A DNA stretch of 64,000 nucleotides from Perna viridis (Eukaryota). Under the pieces are notes generated by a model, which saw only the letters and a list, made by a program, of their open reading frames with translations, was not told the DNA's origin and did not search any database. The stretch covers positions 3,658,001-3,722,000 of the forward strand of contig CM074512.1 in the NCBI GenBank assembly GCA_037379345.1, read 5' to 3'. Positions 12,770 through 53,960 of the stretch are shown one piece after another. Position 1 is the first letter of the stretch; every line of letters starts with the position of its first letter. The position numbers were made by a program, and so were the translations under genes.

Positions 12770-13563
12770 TTTTAGCTCACCTGTCCCAAGAACACGTGCG
12801 CTATTGCCATCACTTGGTGTTCGTCCTTGTCGTCATTAACAATTTTTCAAAACTCTTCTCCTCTGACACTACTAGACCAATTGAAACCAAACTTGGTATG
12901 AACATGGCCACTGTTACTAAAAATGGAACATAGTGGTCAGACAGTAGTTTTTCATATATATCTCCAAAACCATTAGGTTTAGCCTAATTCTGGTAAAAGT
13001 GTCAGCATGATGAGATCTATGTAGTCAAATTTTTGTTTTAATCTGTTTAATCATGTTGGACTTTTTGCTTTTTTCCACGTTTTTATGCTATTTTAAATGT
13101 TATTTCCATCAAAAATCTTTTCTGACACTACCAGACCAATTAGAACCAAACTGGGTATGAATGTTCCTTGGGTTATTCTACATTGAACTGACATGGGGAT
13201 TTATGATCTGTGGAGAAACATGGCTGTCATTACTAAAAATAGAACATATGGGTCAGACGGTAGTTCTTCGCATATTATATCTACAAAACCATTAGCCAAA
13301 TTCTTTCAGTTACTGAAATGATCCTTATTATAAGGCCTACAAAAGTCTCCAGGGATAGAAGTTTTTTGTTTTCAGTTTTCAGCCAATATCATGAAAACTA
13401 TGAAAGAAAGAAAGAAACTTTCAATCACTGAAATGAACCTTACAATAAGTCCTACCAAAGTCTTCTTGAGTCAAAATTATTGGACAACATCTTGTTCAAT
13501 TTATTGCCCTTGAAAGGCAGGATTTAACCAGGTGAGCGATTCAGGCTCCTGGGAGCTTCTTGT
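12770..13563 (+). mobile_element. Family A HINE-like element, full length with internal duplication
   Basis: TTTTAGCTCACCTG start; subterminal inverted CAGGTGAGCG; 3' hairpin GGCTCC-TG-GGAGCT; T-rich ends. Confidence 0.7.
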
Positions 13564-14210
13564 ATTTATACCATAAAGTTTTAATACACCCACTAACAAC
13601 TTGTGGTCTTATAATGGTACCACACTGTTGCCATAGACCTCTGTAGACATTTGATGTCCTGACAATAAATTGAATATAAGTGTATTCGTCTCTTTGAAGT
13701 GTCCATCTCACAGAAGATAGGCTTGAATTGATTTTGGGGTTTGTGACATGAACTGTTCAGGTATTGGGGGCCAAGAAACAAACATTTTCCTTATTTCCAT
13801 ACAAAAACTGGAGTAATAGTTAAAAGATGTCTTTTAAATTTACACCAATCTGTCATAGCACAAAAAGAAGACTTGAGATTGATTTTTCGGGGGTTGTGAC
13901 TTGAACTTTTTAGGAGTAAGGGGCTGGAAACAAGCATTTAAATGCAGTCAATTTGAAACTATTGTAAAATAATAGAATCTTTGTAGAAAACTGGCATAAA
14001 TTTTCTTTCAGTATTGTATTGAGAAGGCACATCCAATATATATAATGCAAAAACTTCTTTAAAGGTTTAAAACTATTTTTTTCTTCAGGCTAATGATACA
14101 TGCCTAGTATCTGAAGTCAGTACCCAATGTAAACAGAGCTTATGATTCACCACATAAAATTATACCTTGTATAATGGAGAATCAAATCCTAGACAGTGAC
14201 AATCTGATTA

Positions 14211-14970
14211 TTGTAAACGTATTAATTTTCCCTATTTTCGCAGTTGCTTCAAGAACATGAAAATCAGTACCTGCGAAAATATACACATTACCAAGTCTTT
14301 TGACCATTATAATCATGGTTTCCACAATTATTAATAGAAACTTTGTTTTATGTATGGGTCATATCATTCAATGCAATCAAGTATGAAATTATACCAAGTC
14401 TATGATAAAAAAACATATACGATGAAAACATGTGGGTTATAATTTTTAAATTCATGATCTTGTTTATATAATGATTTGTATCAGTGGCCATATAGTACCT
14501 GTCACATCAAAGAATAGAAATCATTACTTTGCAAACTTTCTATTCACAAAAGAAGAAAACACATCACAGAGAAAATATTACTGTTAAACGCTGAGAATTG
14601 TCAATAAAAAAATTCATTCATAAACATGCAATTAAAGTGGCACAAGTTATAATCCCTACATTTAGCTACAGCTTGGGCAATTAAGTGAGTTCTTTATAGT
14701 TTTACATTAGAATATACTGATTAAAATGGCCATATATAGTAAACTATATATGTGGACTTGGCTATTTGTTAATGTCGTAATAATGGCTGTCATTAATTTA
14801 TTGAAATATTAACAGTTAAGTAAGTGATCAAATGAAGAATCGAACACTGCCAAGACTATTGAAAAACTTTATTTCTTCAACCTTAAAAACCAGGAAATTA
14901 ATACCCGTGAACATGGTGACTTTTCAGAAACTGTGAAAATTAGCTGCAGCGAAAATTAATATGTTTACAG
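14211..14970. mobile_element. Tc1/mariner-type MITE
   Basis: TA|TTGTAAACGTATTAATTTT ... AAAATTAATATGTTTACAG|TA. Confidence 0.65.
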
Positions 14971-16199
14971 TAACTAAAGAATTTTTTTGCCATGTCACTT
15001 TACTGGCTATTTAAATCTGCTACCTTCTACAATACAGGCAGACTGTTTTTTTCATAGATGTGTTGCCTAGGTTTGCTTGTTACTTAATTTAAAGTTACTA
15101 CAATGTATATTGTTCAGTCTTTAGTAAATTAAAAAAATATTCATTTTAATGAAACATCTGATTATAAAGCCTTTTTAGATTACAATTAAACTGTACCGCA
15201 ATGTGCCTTCCACATTTGGAAGATACGACAGATTTTAGGGGTATTCAGAAAAAGGGTCCAGAAATAAGCATTTTTCTTGATTATGGACAAAAACTTGTGT
15301 ATAAGTGAATGGATCTCTTTGAAAGGGATATCAAGGGAACCAGGATTGCAACACTTAGTAATAAAAAGACTTGTGGAGTGCAGCATGATACAACCACAGT
15401 ATATCAAACTCTGTTCACATGGGGCAAATGTGGACACAATATTAGTTACTACACTTAAGCATTGGAACTTGCTGTTCATTATGGACACAACAACCGGTTT
15501 GGGCACAATATAGCACAAAATTTGAAATTCAATATACAATGTATAATTTTCAAAATCCAACCAAAAATGAAAGTCCTTTTTTGGGGGTGTGGCCACTTTG
15601 ACACCTTTTAACTCACAAACGGAAAGAGAGATCTGAAATCTGATTGAGAAATGCAGGCCGGGATTTCATCAGGAATCCAATTAAAAAAAAACTTTTTTTT
15701 TTCGGGAGTGGTTCAATTTGTACCCCTTTAACTCCAAAATGGTTAAGGAGAAGCCTACCCTGTAAAAAAATTACTCATAATTTAAAGGAACAGATTGACA
15801 TCCAAATCATAAAAATCAGATCAACAATAACCTTTCCCTATCAATTCTGATGATAACACCCAATTTCCCATTTTAAGCCCCTATTTCCAAAACTATAGGG
15901 CCCTCCACCATGTCCCTAGAAGCAATGTGTTAAAATTTTAAAATGATACGATAGTTTTACTCAGTTATTGTAAATGACATCTGAATCATGAAAATCAGAT
16001 CAACAATTAACTTTTCCTATCAATTCTAATGATATAACCCATTTTCCCCCTTTCAGCCCCTTTTTTCTATAAGGGGTAGGGCGAAAACCTCCAAAAACTA
16101 TTCCACACTCCATGATGTCCTTTGGAACAATGTATTATAATTTCAAAAAGATCATATATGTTTAACTAAGTTATTGTAAATAAACTAAGTAAACAGATG

Positions 16200-16450
16200 C
16201 CAATGACAAACAACACTAACAACAAAGACAGGGTGATACTATTATACAACTGAAAAATTTTTATGTGACCATATAAAAAGAACAAAATCCAAGAATTAAC
16301 AACTAGGCAGAGAAAATTGAAATACACAACAAATGATGTGGAAAAAGTAAAATAACACAAAGAAACAAAAGTAAATGAGCAAACTGTGATCAACTAAAAA
16401 TTGGGAGAATGGACCAGGTGCACTGGTAGGGTAACTGTCCTTTGCTTTTC
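16200..16450 (-). mobile_element. Penelope-associated terminal-repeat fragment (family B)
   Basis: ACCCTACCAGTGCACCTGGTCCAT core shared with 23790-23995, 39275-39465 and 53720-53960. Confidence 0.6.
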
Positions 16451-18263
16451 TAAAAAAAAAAAAGAGTTGTTCTCCATAAATATCACATCCAGGGTTGAGG
16501 AAAGGAAAACTATGAACTGGTGAACAAATGGATACACCATAACAATCCATGAGTTAAGGTGACCACCATAAAACATTTGTAGTGGTGACTTAAATCTTGT
16601 AGCATTAATTTCTTAAGAGTAGGCCAAGGTTTAAGGCTGACTTCATATTGTCTTTTGGTAGATACCATGTATAAAATCCCCAAATCTAGGACTGATTAAA
16701 AACAAAATGTCAACAACAAAAAATTCATCTACTAATACTGAGGAGAGCTCCATGACAATTGCTGCTGTATAAAAACAAACAACATTATATGACTGCAAAC
16801 AAACGTCTGTCAAATATTTATTCTTATCAACAGAACATAGAAATTTCTTGTTATATTTTACCTTACAATATTCTGAAAAAAATACAACAGAATACCATAA
16901 TATAATAAACAAAATAGATGGTATTCTACAATGAACTCAGCTTCCATGACAACAAATACATATGTTTATTTACTTCATTCACTACTATGTCTTGGTTATC
17001 TTGTCAACAGCAAAATAATGTGAAAAACTTCATATAGTTGAAAGTTGATTCCTTAGGAACCATGAAACTTACATTTATATTTTTCATTTGACAATTTGAA
17101 AAAAAAAATTCATAGCACAATAATAAAATGAAACGATATACAAAGAAACATCTACTAGTATACACGAGTCAGCATTTAAAAAAAAAAAAGACTTTGTTGA
17201 TGAAACCAAATCCTTGACATCAACATAAAAATTATATACATGAACAAAAAATAATAAACATTTCAATTAACAGTACAGCACTTAGTACTTCAGAACCTGG
17301 CCTAAAATAAATTGATATAAATTTAGCACTTACACTACAATCCAAGCTGACAAAAAAATAATTGAGAAAATAAGAACACCTGTGCACATAAAAGATAGGG
17401 AAATCTGAAATACCAAAGGATTTAATCCTTTTCAAATGTGGCTTTTCTGATTATAAAACTTTTATGTCGTACCAAAAAGTGCCTGAGATTCCAAATTGAG
17501 CTTCTTTGGGTTTGTTTTAAAATGTTTTGGATGAAATGAAAAACATTCAATGGGTCATCATGACACATTGATGTGTCCAGTGAGATGACACCACCAGATG
17601 TAAAGTATAGGTCATGGGATAAACAAACTAATTGTAATAATCAATTACTGACTATCCTCTTGGATTCTCAAACACACATGGGTAAGGTATAATTGTTCTC
17701 TATTAATTTTATGCTTGCCAAAATGTTATTGGAAATGTAACATTCTGCATCAACCTGTGGGTGAGATAAAGAAATCTGGCACAGCTAAATATAGAATTTG
17801 TTGTGTCTTTATTGAGGAAGAAGTACCAGTAAAACTTACATGTATTTATCGGATGCCTTAAAAGCTTTAACATAAACTATTAAACTTCTCCCATGTTCAT
17901 CAAATACTTCTACATATGTTGTACAACAAAAATACATTCACTTCAAACTGAACAAAGTTTGTGATAATCTAAACCTGAGGTGATTGAAAGGTTTTCTATA
18001 CTTCTAATGGAATGGACAGACATCTCTCACACAAATGTAATTATTAGCTCATTTCAATATACATGTTAGCGCAAAATAAACTTCAATTGCACAATTGATC
18101 ATATGAAAAGAGTTTTACAATAACAACAAATTTGTACCAAATATCTTACATGTTTAATTACTTGTACTACATTGTGTATTTACCAAACATGTTTATTAAT
18201 GATATCTATTTACCAAAAATGTTTATCACTGATGTGTATTTAACATGTTGCCCATTTTGATGT

Positions 18264-46765
<28,502 letters not shown>

Positions 46766-47451
46766 TTATTTCCTCTGATGCAATATTAAATATTACTGTC
46801 AATATGGAAAGTTCTGGGTAAGAAATACTCGGGATTTCCCCAATGTTATATATAATGTGATAAACGCGAAGAGAAGTAGACTGGATATTCAAACTTCCAT
46901 CTGTTTTACTGATTCCTGGTTAACAAATGTTCCCTTTGTACATAACAAAGCAGCAAAACTTATGTCACATTTCTCGTTTGCTTGAAGAAAATGACACGTT
47001 TATGTAGATTTACTTCCCCTTCTACATGGGTTATATTAAAACCTGAAACGAAACGCGAAATATAATGAAACGAAACAAAATATTTTCGTGCCATTATATT
47101 GTACATATGTTTAAAACTAGCCAAAGGTGCAAAAAGCATCACGAGTCAATGGAACAATTTGAATATATACTTGTTACATCAATAATTAAAGTTAAGTAGG
47201 CATTTTTAATGATGTTTCAACTCCAGTTGAATCAAGGAGTTAAATATAAATCCTTGGTTGAATTAAAGTTTTTTTTTTTTGTATTCTTGCAACATATTTG
47301 GAATGGGTTTCATCGTCTAGAGTATTACGAACAAAACATAGTCGTTCGTTCCGTGGTATTGGTTTAGGCTTATAAATAACGGCCTGTTTCGATGTGATAA
47401 TTCGCAGCAGGGACTTATTTAACTTCTATCTAATATCAGAGACATATAATT

Positions 47452-47946
47452 GGAGAGTTCTTCGTGATGTCATCACTTACCTGTGATTTGGTTTTGGTTG
47501 ACAAAAAATCCATTGAGTGATATGGGGCATCAACTTTAAATCACCATAACTTTTTTTTCATTTTTAAAGATAATTGAAAAATTCTTTTGGTTCCCAAATT
47601 TGCTAATAAAATTTTTAAATAAATATTCCGTAATTAGACTATATGTGCATAAGATTTTAATTGAAATTTTATACGAAAATAGAGATTTACATATAAATAT
47701 CACTACACATTTATTTTTCAAGTAAAAGAGTTATAAATTCATATTCAAAATATGAATTATTTTATCTAAATGAAACATTTTAAAGAACCAAAATTGGATA
47801 AAAAAAATAATAAAGTTTTGAAAATTGGGATTCTAATCATGAAATTCTCAATTTTTTATTTAGTTGTTTACTTGCCAACCAATTTGACACTTAATGGTAT
47901 GCAAATTAGTGAATATGACATCACTAATGAGATTGGCGAACTCTCC
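47452..47946. mobile_element. Possible MITE upstream of SRP54
   Basis: GGAGAGTTC..TGATGTCAT at left, ATGACATCA..GAACTCTCC at right. Confidence 0.45.
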
Positions 47947-48457
47947 TATAGCAACTGGTCAGTTTAAATGTCCCAATAGCTTTGTCAATCCTTTGTATTG
48001 TTCATCCTCCCAAGTCAAGATTTTTAGTCCCCCCCCCGCTCACTCAAACCCCTGACTAACTAAGGGGTTTTTTAACGTCCTTGACTATCCTGTCGGGTCT
48101 CGCACGGACGACCCAATTTGGTGGGCTTTAAATAATTTTGCTTTTTATTGAAATTGTATTTTTTAAAAAAAAGGTAATATAATAGTAAATTATGAATTGC
48201 TCAAATGTTAGAAATTAAATAGTAAATAGTAAAAATGAAATTTGAAAATGGACCATGTAAAGGAGGAAAATGCCATGTTGGATGGAGAAGAGTCAAGGAC
48301 AACCAGTCGGACCCAGAAGGCGGAAGACCTGTATGATTTAGTTTGCCAAATAGTATATGCGTTTTAGAGTCAAGTAGGTGTGGTTTGGTGAATATCCAAA
48401 GGTGCAGTGCATATTTAGTAATTGATAATGTTAGAGTTTTAGTTACCAAAGGTGTAT

Positions 48458-48489
<32 letters not shown>

Positions 48490-48849
48490 GAATGCCGATA
48501 TGTTTATACCGAGCCAAAAAGTGTATGTAAATTTAGACGGTCTTGTTTAGCCGGGCGTAGTTCCCGGATTTTACCGTGCTAGCACACGACGTTAGTACGC
48601 AGTTTCACTTACGCCACACGAGACCGTTCCAGCTCATGCTTCTGGTGAATGGATTGACCATTTTTTTAAATAAGTTAGGAAACTGGATTGATTATCATTG
48701 ATTAGATTGGTCAACTTTTAGAATTTAACAAGTGTAAATGTAAATCCAAAATTTACATGTGGACTTAACAACAGCCAAAAGTTTAGCCAAAGAAACAAAT
48801 AAAAAATGTATTTATAAGCCAAAGTAGTAAGATAAAAGATAGTAAAATA

Positions 48850-49579
48850 AGGAACTTATATGTACTAAGTTGACAACTTGACAGTATAAAATATATTCGA
48901 AAACATCCAAATGATGAATGGTTTATGTCTATTTCTTTCTGACCCGTGCAGGTCCGGGTGTCAAAAGAATAGGCCTGCAGCAGCGCTAAGCTTGTCGTAA
49001 AAGGCGACTAAATAGTGCTCAGAACCTTAACCAGGGGCTAGGGCGCTCTGCCCACAGAGCAACTGGGTTGTGTGCCCCAGGTGGTGGAATGGAGTACCCC
49101 TGGCGTGTCACATGCTGGGGTTGTCGGGCTGACCGCAAACCATAGTGGTACACCGTGTTGGGAAAGATGCCACGTTCCTCGCACGTGTAAAACACTACTG
49201 TGGTATTCTCCCGGAGTAGGAACCATAGGGGTCCGCCACAGGAGGCTAAATTGCCCGACCCTACCCACCTCTCCCTATTTCCAGTGGCAATTGAAATTTC
49301 TCGCCCCCATTGTCCTTGTGTCCCGTCCCTTTTTTCATTTCATCATTTCATGTTCATTTTACCATCCATTTCATGTTCATCGTCTGAACATAGCTGAAAT
49401 ATTGCTGCTCTGACGTTAAACCCCAACAAACAAACTAAATCTATTTCTTTCTGCATTCGATCACCCCGCCGTTGTGCCCTTTCTTGTGACGTTAGATTAC
49501 TGTCGACGTCATAAGCAGGACAGTGAATCTTCAAATTCTTCCTTGGCAAAATAAAGGAAAGGCCTTGGCACTCAAAGGG
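48850..49579. mobile_element. One end of a non-autonomous piggyBac (same family as 55142-56689), interrupted by family C copy 2
   Basis: GGCACTCAAAGGG|TTAA terminus; about 220 bp reverse-complementary to 55142-55360. Confidence 0.8.
48943..49439 (+). mobile_element. Full-length short retroelement with pseudoknot head (family C, copy 2)
   Basis: 14-bp TSD TCTATTTCTTTCTG (48928-48941, 49440-49453); the empty site is visible in the piggyBac paralogue at about 55276-55290. Confidence 0.9.
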
Positions 49580-49581
49580 TT

Positions 49582-50015
49582 AATGGTGATTACCAACTGA
49601 ATCCCTGGAACTTTCACCATTACGACTAATAACAGATCACTCTTTTTTTTTGCGACGGAACACCAGTAGATGGTATTCCATTGAAGCTTGACTTTAACGA
49701 AGACCGAGGGACGTCAAATATTGCAGCTTACGAAAAAATGGTTGAACACACTGGGAAATGGGGAAATGACAGTGGAAACGAAATTGGACGGATGGACTTT
49801 AATTAAGGATGCTTTTTGTTACGTTTCGAAGCACACTTTCACGGAAGCAAATATCTATCCTTGGTGAAACGGGAAAGCGAGATTAGTGGAATAGTGGAGA
49901 AAGTGGAATATCAGTTCGAACACCCCTACCGGAAACAGTGTCGTTACTCATCTTAGCAGAAAACTCAAGATATTTTGAAATAACGGAAAATCGTCAAATT
50001 AAAATAGCACAATAA
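49582..50015 (+). pseudogene. Polinton/Maverick major capsid protein C-terminal fragment
   Basis: Frameshifted NGDYQLNPWNFHHY..DGTPVDGIPLKLDF..AAYEKMVEHTGKW..GNEIGRMDF..YLSLVKR..PLPETVSLLILAENSRYFEITENRQIKIAQ*, resembling recalled Polinton capsid motifs (NPFNF, GNxIxRxDY, FEIDxxR). Confidence 0.7.
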
Positions 50016-52282
50016 AGTTTGTTTTTTTTTTTTTGTGTATTGGTGATAGTTTTATTTGTATGTGTGCGACTGGTACTATGAAAGTTTTCTCTCGAATAAA
50101 AATGAATCCTCTTTTAGTTTTTGTCTTTTTGTTTGGTTTCTCGTTTTGTTTTTTGCATTTGTTTGGTTTGATTTCAACCTTCTTTGTTTTGTTTTATGTT
50201 TGTTTCTGTTTCTGTGTTTCTTTTTTTTTAATTAAAATACTCATTAATTAATTCTTTCAATATTGTGCACTAATTTTCGATCAATTAAAAAAATAACAGT
50301 TTTTTTTCAAAGCAGTTTTATTAACCCTTTGTGGACCGGACATTTGTTTTTGCTCCGACGTCACGTTGCCATATATATGACGTTCAACGACGTCACAATA
50401 TTTGTAATTTAATTAATCGAGCTCCTTGGAACGCCTTTCAGTGGCGATTCATGTAACATACCTTTATCAAACAAAATACAAAGACCAAGATGAAACGTAA
50501 ATATAAATTCTTGGAACTATATTCTATGAACACATACACAGAAAAATCTGCATTGCATGTAAAGCCATTTATTATCACCTGATATTTCCGAATACAAATC
50601 ATTCGCATGTTTGTACATTTGTGTCTTGATGGAATATGATAAGGGCAATCTTAAAGTGACATGAACATAAAACGACTGATTATTCAGGTGATACACCATA
50701 GCCGCTTGTTTAAACACTTACCATTGTTCTATTGAACTGTTTCTGTTCGTGTATGTAGGATATTATGAGCAATTGAATCAGTAAAAACATTTTTAAGTAG
50801 CTAAAAAATCGATTTTTAATTTTGTTTTCTTTTGATTATTTGTGTCATTCTCTTTTCTTTTATTTTATTTATTTTAGGGGGTAAATTTCATTATGGTACA
50901 ATAATAGTATTTAATGTCTTTCTTTCTCCCAAATATTGTTTCGGTTAAACTTATTTTTATTTTGAGGAAATAAAATGCAAATAAAAATCTAATTTTATTT
51001 CAATTATAAGAAATACATTCCCTTCAAATAGTTTTACATTCCTACACTAGTATATACCATGTAACTGTTATTCCTCGTAATTCACACGGGTATGGTATCT
51101 CCTGGAACACCTATCAACACCAAGACCGACTTTACACTCAGGACACCACCACTGGATACGGGATTTCCTGACACCCTCATATCCGGAGGAGCATACTACG
51201 CATTTCTTACGTTTTCCATCGGGTATTTTTTTCTGGGAAATGTCCCTCCGAAATGCGACTCATGTTCTTGTGTTCTAAACGTACAGTTCTCAGTTGCTGA
51301 TTTTTAGACCCTTCTCTGTGATCGGCAATAATTTCGTTACGAAGCTGTTGATGAAACCTTAAGTGGTCTAGCTTGGGCTGAACGAATCTCGGTAGCAGAT
51401 GTAGGCATTGACTAAAATTATAAAAACAAGAACACAATAAAGTATAAAATACAGAAGTGACATAATTAAGGAATATCTTTATAATGGAATTTACCAGTTT
51501 GATTCAGGGTAATCCAATAGTACATCTATACACTGTAATGCTCACCAGTAAGATACAAATTGACTACTGTTGCAAAGATAATATGGGAGGCGCTAAGAAA
51601 CATCCAAAACGGTTATTAACATATTCGGCATTATTTTTTTCCAAAATTTTTCGCCCGACGATTTCAAAGAAAAATTACATAAATATATGGAGACTACATG
51701 CATTATTTTCCGTAAAACTAAACGCATGTCTATACTGTTAGTAGCAACTAACTCGGCATTATAATATTAGAACTTTTCCGAGTATTCGTGAATTTGATTT
51801 ACGCACCGTTGAGAAAAAAAAATTACAAATGAAAACAGACAGACAGCCATAGGGAATTATATATACATAAGACATTTAATAAATCGGATTTGGAATGAAG
51901 TATAAATGAATGTACCTGCAGCTGTAACAAAGAAATTGAATAACATCTTTCTCCACATCTTTAAACTCTTGAACTGAGGTTCAAACTGCTGAATCATCTG
52001 ATCCCCTATATCGACTCTACGCATCCTATAATTGTATCTTTGAATTGCTGCTGGTATGGATATATCTGTCCCTCGGCTGTTTGTAGTGTCAACCATACTG
52101 AAATGCAAATACGTATGTTTATTGACTAACGTTCGAATATTGGCCTAAATATGATCAAAACTGCCAATACAGTACAAAATAGAAAAGTGCGCCAATAAGG
52201 GATATAGCCGTCCAATACATCATAATGGACAGGTTAAAATCCATATTGGACTAGCATACTAGACTAGTTAGTCAATAAAGGT

Positions 52283-52422
52283 ATAATTGCGTAAGATTTT
52301 CCATATTAGCTTAGTTATTGGTCCTTGGCTAGAAATACTGGACTTCGGCTACGCCTCAGTGCAATATGGCTAGCCTCGGATCAGTAAATAAGCCAACATG
52401 GGAAACCTTGCGCAATAATACT
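52283..52422. mobile_element. Palindromic MITE in a transposase intron
   Basis: Fold-back arms of about 63 bp around TCGGCTACGCCTC. Confidence 0.6.
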
Positions 52423-53439
52423 ATAAAACCAACTGAATTTATCGTACAATATGACCATACAGGTATAGAAATCTGGTAAAACATACATGATGCAAAATCT
52501 TTAACCCAAAGCATTTGATGACATGTAGAATAATTTAATTCCTCATACAATTATCAGAGTTAGGAATCAAAAATAGTAACATCAACACACAGTATTTGAA
52601 ATTTCTTATTTAATTATTCAGTCCCACCTCTCAGTACCTTACAGTTGTTCAAAAATATGTGTTTATTTGTAAATGACAATAACTATTAAATAGAAATAAT
52701 GAAATATTTACATAAAGTTACCAATCATTGTATATAGAATATTACCTAGCACTACCCGCTGATGTAAGAACTGTGACAAGTCGACGATCGGACCAGAAAA
52801 ATTGCCATTACTGGTCCTTGCGACTTCACAATCATTTCTCCATTTTGTAACCGGGCATTCTTGAAACTTTGGGGCATTCCCTTCCTACTTTTTATATAAC
52901 AGTGCCTGTGCAAAAGTATCATTGTCCTTCGGGTCATGAACAAGTGAAGAAACTATCTACTTTTACATGGTGCTCTTTATGTAAATGTGGGGTCATTAAG
53001 TCCATGACAACCTGGTATCCCTGGAATTAATTCACATGCAAGTAGTCACTAAATGCACTAAGACAGAAGAAAAAAAATCCAAACAACGGACATGCCCCAT
53101 TTTTGTTGATATTGGATAAATTTTATCATCTTTTAATTCTGGTATGAGAATACGACCAAAAGTGTTTTGAATCCTTGATGTAAATGGATAATTCTTGCCA
53201 TCATTAAAATTGCTAAGATTTTTAAAATAAAAAATATTAAATTTTCCAAAAGCTTTTTATTTATAAATAAAATCCGATTTTTATGGCGGTGGTTTCAATT
53301 CAATATTTCAACATAGCAATAGTATAGAGACAACTATCCCATTATACTTTATTTACTTTAAATTAAAAGTGAATCCTCAAATCCTAGTTTGATTTATGTA
53401 TAGAAGACAGTACCTGTCCGTTTGGACTTCTATGTTCAT

Positions 53440-53960
53440 TCCTCCTTCCTTTGTGGCAACATCCCTTCGGCTCGTGCGTATGGAGTGTTCATATCACAAC
53501 TTATACGTTATGCCAGAGCTTGCCGAAACTACGCAGACTTTTTGTATCGCGCTAGAACTCTAACAAATAGGCTTCTGAAACAGGGTTATGTTGCTACAGA
53601 AGTTTTATGGTCATCATGAACTAGTGGATCGTTATGGTGTATCCATCAGCACCATGAAAACTGATTTATTCAACGGATCATAGTTTTCCTCGTTTGTCTA
53701 CCCCGGACTTGACTTTATATGAGCAACTCGGCGGGTGTTTCTAGAAAAGCAGAGGACGCTTACCCTACCGGTGCACCTGGTCCATGCTCCCAGTTTTTAG
53801 TGGAGTCCGAGTTGCTCATATACTTTTGTTACTTTGTATGTATGATTTTAGTTACTTTATGTTCTTTGTTGTGTATGTCTGTTTTCCATGTCTGGTCTTT
53901 GTCCCTGGATTACATTGTTTTGATTACCGCTATAACATTGGTTCCCTTGGTTACTCTTTT
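53440..53960 (+). mobile_element. Penelope-like 3' fragment (RT thumb region plus family B terminal repeat) inserted in a piggyBac exon
   Basis: FLCGNIPSARAYGVFISQLIRYARAC..LLKQGY, then the family B sequence. Confidence 0.75.

Noticed and set aside
15186-15596. 136-aa and 78-aa overlapping ORFs between the two genes
   Set aside because: No recognisable motif or convincing splice context; adjacent to repeat fragments.
47476-47484. Strong donor CAG|GTAAGT as the SRP54 5' UTR exon end
   Set aside because: It lies inside a probable MITE, and other candidate donors are closer; it cannot be assigned without transcripts.
48943-49020. Assigning the family C head to HDV-like, pistol or twister ribozymes
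   Set aside because: There is no room for the HDV P3/L3/P1.1 elements, and the pistol and twister conserved cores are not matched.
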